A stretch of DNA of 64,000 nucleotides. Source: Psammoneis japonica (lineage: Eukaryota). The notes beneath the pieces were generated by a model. The model saw nothing but the letters and a program-made list of their open reading frames with translations. It did not search any database and was not told the origin of the DNA. The DNA lies in assembly GCA_008632985.1 (NCBI GenBank), contig QPGO01000026.1, forward strand, positions 496,001 to 560,000. Reading direction: 5' to 3'. Both the position numbers and the translations under genes were made by a program. Below, piece after piece: positions 46,201-58,100 of the stretch; positions within the stretch are counted from its first letter, which is position 1, and each line of letters starts with the position of its first letter.

Positions 46201-49200
46201 AAGCTGCCGCGAGATGAGTTAAGAGAAGCCCTCCTCTGTCTTTCGCGGAAAGGTGAAGCTCCCCACAATTCACGGCATCTTCTATTTCGGTCAAAGAATG
46301 GCCTTCCTTGATCATGTCGAACTGTCTCCACTCATTCCGTTGCTTCTCTTTTGCACTGTGCAAAACTGAATCAAACTCGTTTCTGAAAAGTGTTTTTCCG
46401 CCCAGTGATTGAACCTCAAAGCCGAGTCCTGCAACAGTGTCAAGCCACTCTTCGGCTAGACGGGATATTCTCTCCGATTGTTCTTTTATCCCCGAGTTCG
46501 CCAATGAAATAAGCTTCTCATTTATAACACTGATCATCTCCCGAGCCCATGGATGCCAGACCTCTAGACCAAGGTCCTCACGCAGGAAAAGAAAGACGTC
46601 AGGAAATCTCTCCCAGCAGCTCACTTCGCAAATGTTCACTAACGCAAGCATTAGCCCGTACAAAATGAATTGAATTTGATATCCCAGCTTCTCAATCAAA
46701 GTTTTCAAAACAGAACGCCCTTCCGTGAACCCTTGTAGACAGCCGTTGATAGCAGCGACACAGAGAGAGCGTTCCAACAACTTTTTTCGAGCATCACGTG
46801 AGTCAAAATTGGTGTCAATGGTAAGGAAACTCGAAACAGTAGGGTCCTTTGCGCGGATGCATGCCCAATTATCAGAATGCGGCGTGTTGCAAGCTCGCAA
46901 CATCTCTAAGTAATCATCAATGTCGGTTGCTCTTCCACCTGCAGCGCCCCCCAACATTGCGGCCGTAAGACGATGAGAAGGCGAGGAACTCAAAGCGAAT
47001 GATTCGCTCTCATCGTGATCCAAAAATAACCCAAGCAGCCTCGAATGCCCCAAAAAGGCAGCAATCCTAACGATCTCAAGCTCCTTCGTAGCATCCCACG
47101 GATGCGCATTTGAAAGGCACCACCGAGCCAATGTATCGTACCCTTCAATAGCTAGAGCACGATGTAATTCTGACAATTCGTGAGGCGAGCAGCTTCGAAA
47201 CGTCGTCAATTGACGAATCGGATGATTCTGTCCGTATTCCAACCCATATAGATGCGATTCCATGTTGATTCGTCCGTCTGGCATCAACGTCGTCAACGGA
47301 GGAACGGGTACGTGAAGATTTTTCGCAGATTCAGTCAATTTTTTATGTGCTTGGAACACCACTTCCTTGATGGCGCGGATTTCTGCTGGGTCACTGCCTC
47401 GTTTAAAATGGCAACGAATAATGCTCTCCCCATCATCAACGAGCAGAGGCAAGACAGTATTTGCAAAGAGCTCGCTGCGGAGTATTCTCAAAGTCTTCTC
47501 GTCAAACCCGCCGTCACCTGAAAGGTAGGCGAGGAGCGGGTTACTTTCCGATGGGTCGTAAACAGTGACATCTCGTGCCCAGGGTTCGGCGAGCCATGAA
47601 GTAAGAGTCTGACCATCAAAAAGCGACCCTAAGATCGCTACCTGTTCTTTCAAACCAATTGGTCGCACTCGATGTTCATTTCGCCACGGGTCCTCTCCCC
47701 AAAACCTCAGAAAGCTGTAATCGAGCTCTCCGTTCAACTCAGTCGACCAGCTCAGTCGACAGCAGAGCCAAACAGCAAAGTCACTCGATTTGCAACATTC
47801 GCTAACGACATGAGCGTAAGATTTCCCGACGAGACCCTGATAGTTGCTGCGCCGGATATCGCAATCCTTCCAAGCGTCAATATCCATGCATTTCGTAGCA
47901 ATAATGTGCTTCTTTGCTTCGTCAATTTGCGAAGGCTCTCGGGAAACCAGTCGAAGCAGCTTGTCGATTTGCTTTTTCAAGCGGTAAGGCTTGGATTTCT
48001 CCTCGCCCCATTTTCGCACGAATTCGTAGCTCGACTTTGAAGCATAGAACTCGGGCGATTTGCCGTTTGCGTCCATCGCCGGACAATTAAAGGACAAAAG
48101 CATGTCAGCAGCAAGGACATGTCCTCTTCCCACTGCCAAATGGACTGCGTGAGTTTTTTCCCATGGCTTTCGACCGCAAACCTTTCCGATAAGTGAGCTC
48201 CAAGCCTTCTGCGTCTGTAGCCACAAGATGATTTCTAATCTTCCGAAAAATGCGCTTGCGTGTATCAAGTTCCAGCCACAGATAACGGTAGACTCAAGTG
48301 AAACATTTTTCTCTTCTACCAGCCATTGCAACGACTGCAAATCATCAAACTCAACTGCGGCGAAGCAAAGGAAACTCCCGACAGATAGTTCGGCTGGGAT
48401 TCGGCGGCTGTTCAAAAACAGGAGGTCGCTTGCGTGTTTCCTGAATTGGAGGCATCTGAAAGCCTTGCTGTGCAGAGTTATGTAAGATGCGCTCTCCATC
48501 CATCGAAGCACGCCACCTTGTCGTAAGCGAATAACTTCCACAGGATCTGGAGGGAAGAGGCGCTTTTCCATCACCAGATACTTCAAAACCTTCAAGCGGT
48601 TGTCGAGAGTAGCGTCATCTTCGAGAAGAGCGATTTTGTGTTTCCAATAACTTTCGCTCGCACTATGCCACCTCTTGCCCTTCATTCTTTCATGTTCCTC
48701 GCGTATGTGATCAATCCAGGAATGCTTTTCTAGGCAACTGTCAATGTGATGGAAAACAGTCGACATGTAATGAGGCGCCGACTCCTGTATACTACTCACA
48801 GGTGGCAAGTTATAAGTATGTTCATTTCCTGCCATGGCCGCTTCGACGATGTTCACTTTCCTTTCCGTTGTTTCTTTGGCTTTGCCGGCATCAAATAATT
48901 CGGGTTGGCAATATTCGCCAGCATCCGCTTTTTGAAGACAGTATAACCATGAGCAGCCTAACTTGCTTTCGTCTACGTCACCAAGTAGGCGAATGAGGCG
49001 ATAAAATCCCGCTTCAGCAAAGTCAAAGAGGGTTTTCTCAATAATGTCCGACGGTCCATTAGAGCTCATCCTTGGATGGCAGTCTTGCCAGTCTTGACAA
49101 AAACGATAATAACGCGTCGCCCACATGACACCCTTGTCCTCGTCTCCATAAAACGTTTGTACAAGTTCCTCTTCACTCCTGATAACAATACTCAACAATC

Positions 49201-50584
49201 GAGATCGATGCGAATGATACTGACGAAACAACAGGAACTCGTCAATCATTAGCACCATTCTAGTCTTTTTCAGAGTCATGGCAAGATCTCTAAGAGAATT
49301 AAGATCTTCGTCCCGGGACAAGTCGGCAATCAACCAAGCCAATCCATTACGTGGCGACAGGGCAATATCGAGCGCCCTGATATTGTCTCTTCGAATCAAA
49401 ACATGGAGCCAGTTGTCGTTTTGGTCGTTCTTTTCAAAAAGGCCAAAAGTTTCTTTCGCATCGTTGAAATGATGAAGATTAATGAGGGACGTATTCGAGG
49501 TGCAGTCAGCAACACCAGCCATTTGAATAAATCGGACAGCATGGGGAGACGCTGCAATCTGGTGCAAGAAATTGTCGCCCTTTTCATCTCGGATAGCAAA
49601 CAAATCGAGCGAGAGTTCCTTGTGGATCCATGCCAGCGCATTGTAGTTTGCAGACTGGATGGCAGTCACCAGGATCAAATCCTGCAAGATGGAAACATCC
49701 ATGTCAGTAGTCAGATACATGTAATGACCCGAGTCACAATTCTGGTTGATGGCATCTATGAGCCTCTCCCGAGCATTTGCGTCTTTTCGTGCCACATGCT
49801 CGTCAGTGTCTTCCAAAATATACCACGTGAATAGCCTTTTGTCTTCAGCAACTGTGCATTCGTATACGTAATAGTGATCCTGTCGACCTGTGATGTCCAC
49901 GGCATTGATGGTTGCCGTCATCCATGCTCGCTTGCTAAGCTTTGCGTATCGCTTTGGCACACAGACTGCCTTGAGAGCGTCAAAAGTAACCACGTCACCC
50001 TTCTTGAACCGAAAGCTACTAGGATGCTTCTTGATATAGTAATCTAAGTCTTCTGGAGCCGCGACGCAGGGAGACCCTCGAGAAGCACTCTTGTTGGTCA
50101 TGGTGCACATGTATGCCTGCGGCATGTTGGCATCTTCGGACTCGCACCAATCCTCATGTATCGGCCACAGAATGTCCACAGTGCATGGCACCCAGCCGTC
50201 ATCCGTATTACATACGACTCTCTCCCCCACCTCGAATCGAAGCGTCCAATTCAGCATATCTGGAAACACTTCTTGAATGGGTATCGTCCAGCTGCTTCTG
50301 CCTGAATGAGCGAGGGCGAGGGGGGTAATATCAAGCTTACCGTCGGATCGGACCTTTTCGACGATACCACGATAGGAATCTGGATTTTCTCCATCACTGC
50401 GATTGTCGAAGAACCATACCCGATCTCCTTTGAAAAATTCTCGTTCGCGTTGACTGCTATCAAACTCAGAATCAACGGTCGGCTGTTCTTGCTCTTCAAT
50501 GAGTCGCTCTCGACGCTCCTGTTGACGTTCCTTATGAGCTTTCTTGCTCGTATCCCTTCCCTTACGTCGACTCTGTTTCCCCAT
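43238..50584 (-). CDS. TRANK1-like giant protein, copy A (2448 aa, intronless): three SH3/Tudor-like barrels, ankyrin repeats, IQ motif, RelE/ParE-like domain, UvrD-like SF1 helicase, C-terminal TPR-like helices
   Basis: FFKGDRVWF, LRFEVGERVVC and FRFKKGDVV barrels; ankyrins GWNLIHASAFFGRLEII and GGLLLTHLAAAYDRTDVLEWLV; IQ-like RLQARHRGRFARR; Walker A GRSGTGKT; YVDEIQD; LCGDPAQSV; VNFRSHSGIL; AKGLEF; LYTATTRC. Confidence 0.92.
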   Translation of the reverse strand: MGKQSRRKGRDTSKKAHKERQQERRERLIEEQEQPTVDSEFDSSQREREFFKGDRVWFFDNRSDGENPDSYRGIVEKVRSDGKLDITPLALAHSGRSSWTIPIQEVFPDMLNWTLRFEVGERVVCNTDDGWVPCTVDILWPIHEDWCESEDANMPQAYMCTMTNKSASRGSPCVAAPEDLDYYIKKHPSSFRFKKGDVVTFDALKAVCVPKRYAKLSKRAWMTATINAVDITGRQDHYYVYECTVAEDKRLFTWYILEDTDEHVARKDANARERLIDAINQNCDSGHYMYLTTDMDVSILQDLILVTAIQSANYNALAWIHKELSLDLFAIRDEKGDNFLHQIAASPHAVRFIQMAGVADCTSNTSLINLHHFNDAKETFGLFEKNDQNDNWLHVLIRRDNIRALDIALSPRNGLAWLIADLSRDEDLNSLRDLAMTLKKTRMVLMIDEFLLFRQYHSHRSRLLSIVIRSEEELVQTFYGDEDKGVMWATRYYRFCQDWQDCHPRMSSNGPSDIIEKTLFDFAEAGFYRLIRLLGDVDESKLGCSWLYCLQKADAGEYCQPELFDAGKAKETTERKVNIVEAAMAGNEHTYNLPPVSSIQESAPHYMSTVFHHIDSCLEKHSWIDHIREEHERMKGKRWHSASESYWKHKIALLEDDATLDNRLKVLKYLVMEKRLFPPDPVEVIRLRQGGVLRWMESASYITLHSKAFRCLQFRKHASDLLFLNSRRIPAELSVGSFLCFAAVEFDDLQSLQWLVEEKNVSLESTVICGWNLIHASAFFGRLEIILWLQTQKAWSSLIGKVCGRKPWEKTHAVHLAVGRGHVLAADMLLSFNCPAMDANGKSPEFYASKSSYEFVRKWGEEKSKPYRLKKQIDKLLRLVSREPSQIDEAKKHIIATKCMDIDAWKDCDIRRSNYQGLVGKSYAHVVSECCKSSDFAVWLCCRLSWSTELNGELDYSFLRFWGEDPWRNEHRVRPIGLKEQVAILGSLFDGQTLTSWLAEPWARDVTVYDPSESNPLLAYLSGDGGFDEKTLRILRSELFANTVLPLLVDDGESIIRCHFKRGSDPAEIRAIKEVVFQAHKKLTESAKNLHVPVPPLTTLMPDGRINMESHLYGLEYGQNHPIRQLTTFRSCSPHELSELHRALAIEGYDTLARWCLSNAHPWDATKELEIVRIAAFLGHSRLLGLFLDHDESESFALSSSPSHRLTAAMLGGAAGGRATDIDDYLEMLRACNTPHSDNWACIRAKDPTVSSFLTIDTNFDSRDARKKLLERSLCVAAINGCLQGFTEGRSVLKTLIEKLGYQIQFILYGLMLALVNICEVSCWERFPDVFLFLREDLGLEVWHPWAREMISVINEKLISLANSGIKEQSERISRLAEEWLDTVAGLGFEVQSLGGKTLFRNEFDSVLHSAKEKQRNEWRQFDMIKEGHSLTEIEDAVNCGELHLSAKDRGGLLLTHLAAAYDRTDVLEWLVSTKNMDLSALDLQGRNVLQVAVASKASRAERWIRERRAREVISSFLDIHIRRILSVQRKNRMIRGVTRLQARHRGRFARRSFYSTILLRVEDSKRFQLIWAKVVNALSNISSDVLNWSTIREEQCDMKRAELVDLEALSEMGRKLVEASENAMNAIVDLEVPERTQDELAVPTFSCDNDDDPESEEDWAEKLLLSSRTKIHMTSDVVKWLKQSDAKYRHFFIRRMQQLAAGDRSRILAKRLKGSRLPVFETYLEQKSGHRILWTPPSTKHDELLVWFVAKHKNVSRLMQLINESESRRERQQMPVSTLPEFMNTGMQSSASPESEMRVLLDPLGNVPLKVYEVKTTELEDVAHASWMPHLHLTDEERNIVEAKGTVLVLGRSGTGKTICICNRMDLDRRRWACDPCFSQLFVARSRKLCRYVNDTIGPHDCCTFTTFRQLLHSLESLLPNLEGVKNIFPPSQLVDFARFKRDVYWAETPGDIDPLVVWTNIRTFIKGSIEAVQTKSHLLSKDEYVPETKLGKKRCRLSEEHRQIIYSVFLRYQKYVNELNLWDDCDRVVSLLQRLVEAKASQPDIYNKARKNKIYVDEIQDYTQAECLLFFYLSGPGDLFLCGDPAQSVVEGVEFRFEEIRSVGYHIAGSKRRDLIPDKPRTVNVNFRSHSGILNVAGAVLQCMFDAFPDSAKQLKKDRGLFRGPRPGLFHKVSGDRLRTLVTEKLNGAYILTHDSKVSHWKRRLAGYPLVYGIRDAKGLEFKSVILLDFFSSLPSQMQKPWRDLLLGREDADFKLKYPEVEGQLKLLYTATTRCIEQLFFAETTASKAGDAFVRWLTTTSTKHGAEEALGTRNNVDDVDAMTMTRDEWLASGMDNAESAEQEPDLTRAVSLLDKAIFCFEQAKDLAMARKARTHRSSLRLRLEMLSSHGSSTFEVETAQLVEKLLSETLLLEARELCSSLLPTLSEHSREQLESRVLNQLPRDEK

Positions 50585-51229
50585 GGTTTGTTTGTAGGTT
50601 CATAAAAGCGCCATGGATAACACTTCTACCGATAGAAAGTCAGTTTGCCGATTGCGATGGCAGTGCACTATTGCCAATTGCGGTTCGTCATGCGTCATGA
50701 TGTGCTGTGTGCTGGCTGTTTATTTTGCATCGTTTAGTGCGCGCGCCCGAATCCATCGTGGTTGAGTCACGTGTTGCAACACGAGCGAGGATGAGAACCC
50801 GAAAGTTTGGGGGTTCGATGTGACTGTGTCCAAGAACTGGCCACACCCTTGCAGGAAGAGCTGGTAGTGGCTGGTGGTGCACGGCCAGAAGTTTCAAAGC
50901 AAAAAACATGGAGTGGGTCAAAATGTTGTGAAATGACATGACATGACAACAAGCAATGAGAAGAAACTCAACTTGACCCAGGAACAAAGCACATGAATGT
51001 TGTCAATGGAGTGCACAGACAGTGGTTGTGACCATTTGTGGTGGCTCCGTTTGCGATGTCGAAACTTGCCCACTGCTGGGTGCCTGCCATGGTCTTCCAA
51101 CATTGGCACAAAGAAATGTGTCACCATCAAGAAACAGTGGTGCATCATCCAAAATGTGAGAAAGTTCCGGGGCTTTGTGGATCTGAGTGCAGCACAGGCA
51201 CAATTTGCGCCTCCTTTCCAGATGCAAGC

Positions 51230-52120
51230 CAGTGTGACAAAAAAGACAAACATTGGCTTTTTGACCCTCGCAGTCAGAAACTGTTCAACATGATCCAGAC
51301 TCCAAATGCACTTGATCCAAGTTTCATGTTCCAACCAAGTTTTGATGGCATTCACTGTGTGGACATTTGTGAGAACAACTTTCATGATGCCGGTCTGCTG
51401 GACAAGTTTGGCAACACCCTCTGCACACCCATCCACAACTGCGGCAACCAAGATGCGCTCACATGGCCAGGAAAAACATTTGCAGTTGAAAGCTTCACAA
51501 GTGTCAAGTGGCAGAACAAGTTGCCCTTTGAGGAGCATCTTCTCACAAGCTTGAAAGGAGATTCTGTTCTTGACACTGGTCTGCACTGGGCCCACTGTCT
51601 TCCGGGGTGTGTCCACTTCTCCATTGAAAGCAACGGGGTGCCAATGGCAGTTCACATTCACAGTGGCAAGGGGGGGCAGATGGAACATGCAGCTGGAACT
51701 CGCAGCATTCCATGATGTTCTCTCTGTGCCACACAGGCCAGGCAGACTTTGAGTGGAGCAGAGGCCCAGAATTCTTCTTTTCTCTGCAGCATGAAATTCA
51801 AGGGAATGAATGGGGAGGAGAGGTCTGCCACTGCCACAAATGCCAACCTGCAACTGCCTCCTGGTGTCATGATCATGCTCTCTGCATGACACCACATCCC
51901 AATGTTTGTGCTGGCATGGCCAGATTTTTCATCTTGCAAGACTCCATTGACACAGGTCAGTCCTCTTGCTTTGAAGTGCTGGTGCTGTTCTGACTCCATT
52001 GCCATGGCTTGTGCAGTTGTGCCCATCATTCTCATCCACATTGATTTGGCCACAGGCAAACATGATGACCCGGTTGGCCTTCCAGCCTGTCCACATGAGG
52101 CAGCTTTCACCATTTAAGAT
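51230..52120 (+). pseudogene. Hypermutated N-terminal fragment of a CotA/bilirubin-oxidase-type multicopper oxidase
   Basis: TWPGKTFAV..VKWQNKLP, DTGLHWAH, VPMAVHIHSG (HLHGG), QPATASWCHDHALCMT..NVCAGMARFFILQD (WYHDH..NVYAG), LPACPHE (LPAYPYE). Frameshifts present. Confidence 0.8.
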
Positions 52121-53688
52121 CATCATTTCAACAACAATGGCAAGCTGTTCTGCCCGGCTTTTCCCAGTGATCTGGCATGCAATCATTTCATTGATGATGA
52201 TGTTGACATTGCTTCTGACAAGTTTCTGTGTGGTGGAGTGTGCATGCTTTGTTTCCATGCTGTTTGTTTCCGTGGTCCATTTTTTCTAACGCAGGCTTTG
52301 CATGCCCTTTTCCTCAGCCAACGCAGCTTGCAGAATTCTTCAACAGCAATCTCACACTGTTCCTTTTGGTTTGTTTGCTTGGCATTCTTTTTGGCATTTT
52401 TTGTTCTTGTGTGCAAAGCTTCTGCACAAGTTTTGGCGCAAGTTCTGCATGTTCTGCAAGTCATTTCAGATGGATGACTTGTCAAGACACCGACTGCTCT
52501 CTCTCCACACCTCTCAAGTGTCAATGACCCCCCTTCTCCCCATTGTCCATCTGAGTTTCCTGCATTGTGTGGTGAACAATCTTCCATTGTTGCTGTTTTC
52601 AGAAGTTTGAAGATGAGACCAACTCAGTGCTCATTGGCCATTCTTCTTTGTGCTGACAAGTCTGCACAACTTTCAGTGCATTTTCTGCTTGTCTTGAAGG
52701 TCATTTTGGATGATTGACTTGCCAAACCACTGACTGCTCTTGGTCAATGCCTCTCTGGCATCAATGACTCCCCTTCTTCCCATTGTTGTCACACGAGCCT
52801 CAGGATGAACTTGTCTGGGAGAATGACTGCCAACTGAACAAAAAATGACAGAGCCTTTGTCAGAAACTTGACAATTCTGTCCCTTGTCCTTGCCTGGATT
52901 GCTGGCACACTCTGCAGTTGCTGCTTCACCCAGCTCTGTTGCTTTTTGTTCTTTTTCTTTTTCTTTTGTTGCACCCCATTTCTTGTTGCAACAATTGTTG
53001 CTGTTGTTTCTGATGCTGCCAAAGATTCTTGTGCTGCAATGCTGGGGCTTGTTTTGCAGAGACAAAGAGCAACTTCTGGCCCTTCTTCCTGTCCACCACC
53101 ACTGTCTGCCATGGCAATGGGGGCTGCTGTTTTGCAAAAAAGATGCATGATTTCAAGCCCTCATCCTTGTCCATTGCCCTTTTTGTCTGCATCAATGCTG
53201 GAGCTTGTTTTTGTGGACTTGCCACTGCCACTCTTGTTGTCATTGTGGGTGAATCTGATGTTGGCCACAGGAGCAGCAGTGTTGCTTGGAGCGTGCCGTG
53301 GCTTTTTGCTTCGCGGACTTGATGCGGGACATGCTGGGCTTTCTTTTGGCTGTTGTGCCACTCTTGTTGTCATTGTTGTAGCTCACATTGTTGCTGGCCA
53401 GAGGAGTGGCAGCATTGCTTGGAGCAGCACTGCTGCAAGTTGTTGTTGGCACTTCCAGTGTTGCATCATGAGCAGCAGCATCCACAGCAATGGAGCACTT
53501 TGCAATGTCATTGCCCACGGATTCTCAAAATCCATCCACACACTCTTGTGCAAGTCCAATGCCACCCAGGCATCTTTCAAGCAGCAATGAAAGGCATCTT
53601 CTTGTTGAATGTTTTTCTTGAGGTGTGCTTTGACCAGAACCAATGGCTTTTTGCACTTGCCATTGTGCTTTTGGTGAAAAGGCCTGTG

Positions 53689-54078
53689 GACGCGTTCCAG
53701 GTCTAGGTGGGACCTCGCACTACTGAACTGTGACATCGACAGTTTTTTGAATCTCGTCGTATGTCGCGCACGTAGATTTCTACGTGATTTTTTCGATACT
53801 TTGTGTCATTTTACGGTACACTTATTGAGCGATCCGTCCAACAACTTTGGATTTTTTTTGTTACAGCGCGATTCTATAATGTCTTAAGAATCGCGTAGGG
53901 CAGGCGTATTTGCAAAAACGTCGAGTGGTAAGAGGCATAATTGTACCACAAACTTGGCCGTTTATTTGATGTTGAAGATAAATATATCCATTAATTAAAT
54001 TCTCGTACTACAGAGCTCGCACGTAGAATTCTACGGGCCCAATGTCACACGGAGTCCCACCTAGGGCTGGAACGCGTC
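53689..54078. mobile_element. MITE copy 2 (390 bp), same TIRs, 4-bp TSD TGTG
   Basis: Same termini as 25744-26132. TGTG at 53685-53688 and 54079-54082. Confidence 0.93.
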
Positions 54079-55179
54079 TGTGCCTGCCTGCGTCTCACAC
54101 CACAGATGGGTGTGAATGTTGGTTCAATGACAGTGCCTTTAAATCACAAACCACAGAGTGTCCCACAACAATCTTGCCTGAAAGAAGTGCCTTGGCTTGT
54201 TTTTGAATCTCGTCATGCTCCATTCCCTGTGACAGTTCATCACCACATCAATCAATTCTCAGCAAACTGGCCAATGCTGCCTGGGCCACGTTTGTTTGAC
54301 ATTTGCAGTTGTGTGCTGCCCAGACAGTTTTGTGAAGCAGTGCTGCACCTGTTCCACCCACAATGCATGCATGGTGGAATCAAGGTTCCTCACCAAGACT
54401 GCAACAAGCAAGGCCACAGTCAATGACTGCAAGTTTGGAAAGCAACAAAGGCAGCAGAGGAGGTGCTGCTGCTTGGGGCAAACAAGAGTGTGGAACAACA
54501 GCAAGCTTGTTGTTGTTGGGAGTGACTGCAATTTTTTCTTTTTCTTTTGGTTGGGCTTGTTGCTGTGGTCCTTTTTCCTCCATTGCAACTCCATCACTTT
54601 TTGCTGATGCAGGAGTCTTCATCGTCATTGTTGTTGCCAAGGAAGAATCCACATGGTGCTGCTCCTCTTCTTGCGGCTCATGGACAGCAGTGAAAAGATC
54701 CCTCTGTTGTGTTGCAATGAATTTTGAGAGTTGCAGTGGAATGCATCTGCAGCACTCAGAATCTGCTCCTCCAAAAACAGCAGGTCTCTGTCTTGATGGC
54801 AATTGGCCCATCTGCAAGCAATGAAAAGGACACTCCAACAACCCCCCCTGATGACTTGCTTTGCTGTGTCTTCGTCTTGTGTGCAATGCCCTGCAGGGCA
54901 CAATCAGAAAGTTGCAACGCAGCCTGGGGTGATGATTGTGGTCTGGCAGCTGTTGTGCCATGGTCTGCTTCCACCACGCGGGAACGAACGAGAGACAGAG
55001 GAGGAACACGCATGGACTGATGGGCAGGTTTATGGACAGATAAGACTTAGACTGCTGACAACTTTGGACATGCATTTCCAACTTTTGTGATGCTATTACC
55101 TTTTTATGTATTGTGCTCTATTGATTACTCGGCTACTCTAGCTAGCAGGGCCCTAGCTAGACGTTCTGTAGTTGACATT

Positions 55180-58100
55180 CTATAGTTCATCACGAGGCAG
55201 CTGGTTAAGGACACGAGATTCGAGCTGCTCTCTTGAGTGTTCTGACAGGGTGGGAAGCAGCGAAGAACATAGTTCTCGGGCTTCCAAGAGAAGCGTCTCG
55301 GACAACAGTTTTTCCACCAGCTGTGCCGCCTCGACCTCAAACGTGGAAGAATCATTTGAACTCAGCATTTCCAATCTCAATCGAAGGCTGCTACGGTGCG
55401 TCCGGGCCTTGCAAGCCATAACAAGGTCTTTTGCTTGGTCAAAACAGAAAATCGCCTTGTCCAGTAGACTGACGGCTCGAGTCAAGTCAGGCTCTTGCTC
55501 GGCAGATTCAGCATTATCCATTCCGGATGCCAACCATTCATCCCGCGTCATGATCATAGCGTCAACATCATCTACATTGTTGCGAGTACCCAACGCTTCC
55601 TCGGCTGCATGTTTCGTACTTGTTGTGGTGAGCCACCGGACAAAAGCATCACCGGCCTTTGAGGCTGTAGTTTCCGCAAAGAATAGCTGCTCAATGCACC
55701 TTGTAGTGGCTGTGTACAAAAGCTTGAGTTGCCCCTCAACCTCAGGGTATTTGAGTTTAAAGTCGGCGTCTTCTCTGCCTAACAGCAAGTCACGCCAGGG
55801 CTTTTGCATTTGAGAAGGAAGGGAAGAAAAGAAATCCAACAAAATGACACTTTTAAACTCAAGTCCCTTCGCGTCACGAATTCCATACACGAGTGGATAT
55901 CCTGCCAAGCATCGCTTCCAGTGAGAAACTTTGGAATCATGCGTGAGAACGTAGGCACCATTGAGCTTCTCGGTGACGAGAGTTCGCAGTCGGTCACCAC
56001 TGACTTTGTGAAATAATCCAGGCCGCGGGCCACGGAACAAACCAAGATCCTTTTTGAGCTGCTTGGCACTGTCCGGGAAAGCGTCAAACATGCATTGCAA
56101 AACCGCGCCAGCCACGTTCAGAATACCCGAGTGGCTACGAAAGTTCACGTTGACCGTCCTTGGCTTCTCAGGGATGAGATTGCGACGCTTGGGGCCCGCG
56201 ATGTGATACCCGACCGAGCGAATCTCTTCAAAACGAAATTCGACCCCTTCAACAACACTCTGCGCAGGATCACCGCAAAGAAACAAGTCCCCTGGTCCGC
56301 TAAGATAAAAGAAGAGAAGGCATTCTGCCTGTGTGTAGTCCTGAATCTCGTCCACGTAGATCTTGCTTTTTCTGGCTTTGTCATAAATGTCCGGCTGTGA
56401 TGCTTTGGCTTCGACCAACCGTTGAAGAAGTGCCACAACACGGTCGCAATCATCCCAGAGATTCAGCTCGTTGACGTACTTCTGGTATCGCAGAAAGACA
56501 CTGTATATGATTTGACGGTGTTCTTCTGAAAGACGGCATCGTTTCTTTCCCAACTTTGTTTCAGGGACGTACTCATCTTTCGACAGCAAGTGAGATTTCG
56601 TTTGGACCGCTTCGATTGACCCCTTAATAAATGTTCGGATGTTGGTCCACACAACAAGCGGGTCGATGTCTCCCGGTGTTTCGGCCCAATATACATCCCG
56701 TTTGAAACGGGCAAAATCTACTAACTGGCTCGGAGGAAAGATATTTTTGACGCCCTCGAGGTTTGGTAAAAGACTTTCCAAGGAATGTAATAATTGCCCG
56801 AAAGTGGTGAACGTGCAGCAGTCGTGAGGACCAATGGTGTCATTCACATATCTGCATAGTTTTCGGGACCGAGCAACAAACAACTGCGAGAAACAAGGGT
56901 CGCAAGCCCATCGTCGTCGATCTAAGTCCATACGATTGCAGATGCAGATCGTTTTTCCCGTGCCACTGCGACCGAGAACCAACACGGTTCCCTTGGCTTC
57001 CACTACATTGCGCTCCTCGTCAGTGAGATGAAGATGGGGCATCCAAGATGCATGGGCGACATCTTCAAGCTCAGTAGTATTGACTTCGTATACCTTCAGC
57101 GGTACGTTACCTAACGGATCCAAAAGGACACGCATTTCGCTCTCGGGAGACGCCGAGCTTTGCATTCCAGTATTCATAAACTCTGGCAAAGTCGACACTG
57201 GCATCTGCTGACGTTCTCTTCGACTTTCCGATTCATCGATCAGCTGCATCAAGCGCGACACATTCTTGTGCTTGGCCACAAACCACACCAGCAACTCGTC
57301 GTGCTTAGTGCTTGGAGGGGTCCACAAGATTCGATGTCCAGACTTTTGTTCGAGATAAGTCTCGAAGACTGGAAGTCTGCTACCCTTCAATCTCTTAGCC
57401 AGAATTCTACTTCGATCGCCAGCCGCAAGCTGTTGCATTCTTCGGATGAAAAAATGCCGATATTTTGAATCGCTTTGTTTCAGCCACTTAACTACGTCAT
57501 TTGTCATATGAATTTTTGTACGAGAGGAAAGCAACAGTTTCTCCGCCCAGTCCTCCTCTGGCTCTGGGTCGTCGTCGTCACAGCTCAAAGTCGGCACCGC
57601 CGGCTCATCCCTTGTCCATTCTGGGACTTCCGACTCATCGATTGCATTCATGGCATTCTCACTGGCTTCTACAAGCTTCCTTCCCGCCTCCGACAACGCT
57701 CGTAAGTCTACCAACTCAGCCCGTTCCATGTCGCACTGCTCCTCTCGTATCGTCGACCAATTTAAAACATCTGAGGATATGCTAGAGAGCGTATTGACCA
57801 CATTTTCCCAAATCAACTGGAATCGCTTTGAATCTTCAACACGCAAAAGAATCGTGGCATAAATGGATCTCCGGGCGAGTCTGCCTCGTTGTCGTGCTTG
57901 AAGTCTCGTCACTCCTCTAATCATTCGGTCTTTCCGCTGCACAGAGAGTCTCCGACGGATGTGAATGTCCAAGAAGGAAGTTATGACTTCTCGTGCCCGT
58001 CGTTCCCTGATCCACCGCTCCGCTCGTGACGCCTTGCTTGCGACCGCGACTTGCAACACATTCCTGCCCTGCAAATCTAATGCCGAGAGGTCCATGTTTT

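Noticed and set aside
1230..55030. Alternative genetic code or recoded viral insert as the cause of missing Tyr/TAA/TAG
   Set aside because: TpA is lost in all frames and in non-coding repeats, and the relics are frameshifted. This fits mutation, not recoding.
52120..55080. Coding relics around MITE copy 2, including a ~240-bp duplicated segment (~52457 and ~52697)
   Set aside because: Too eroded to assign to any family from sequence alone.
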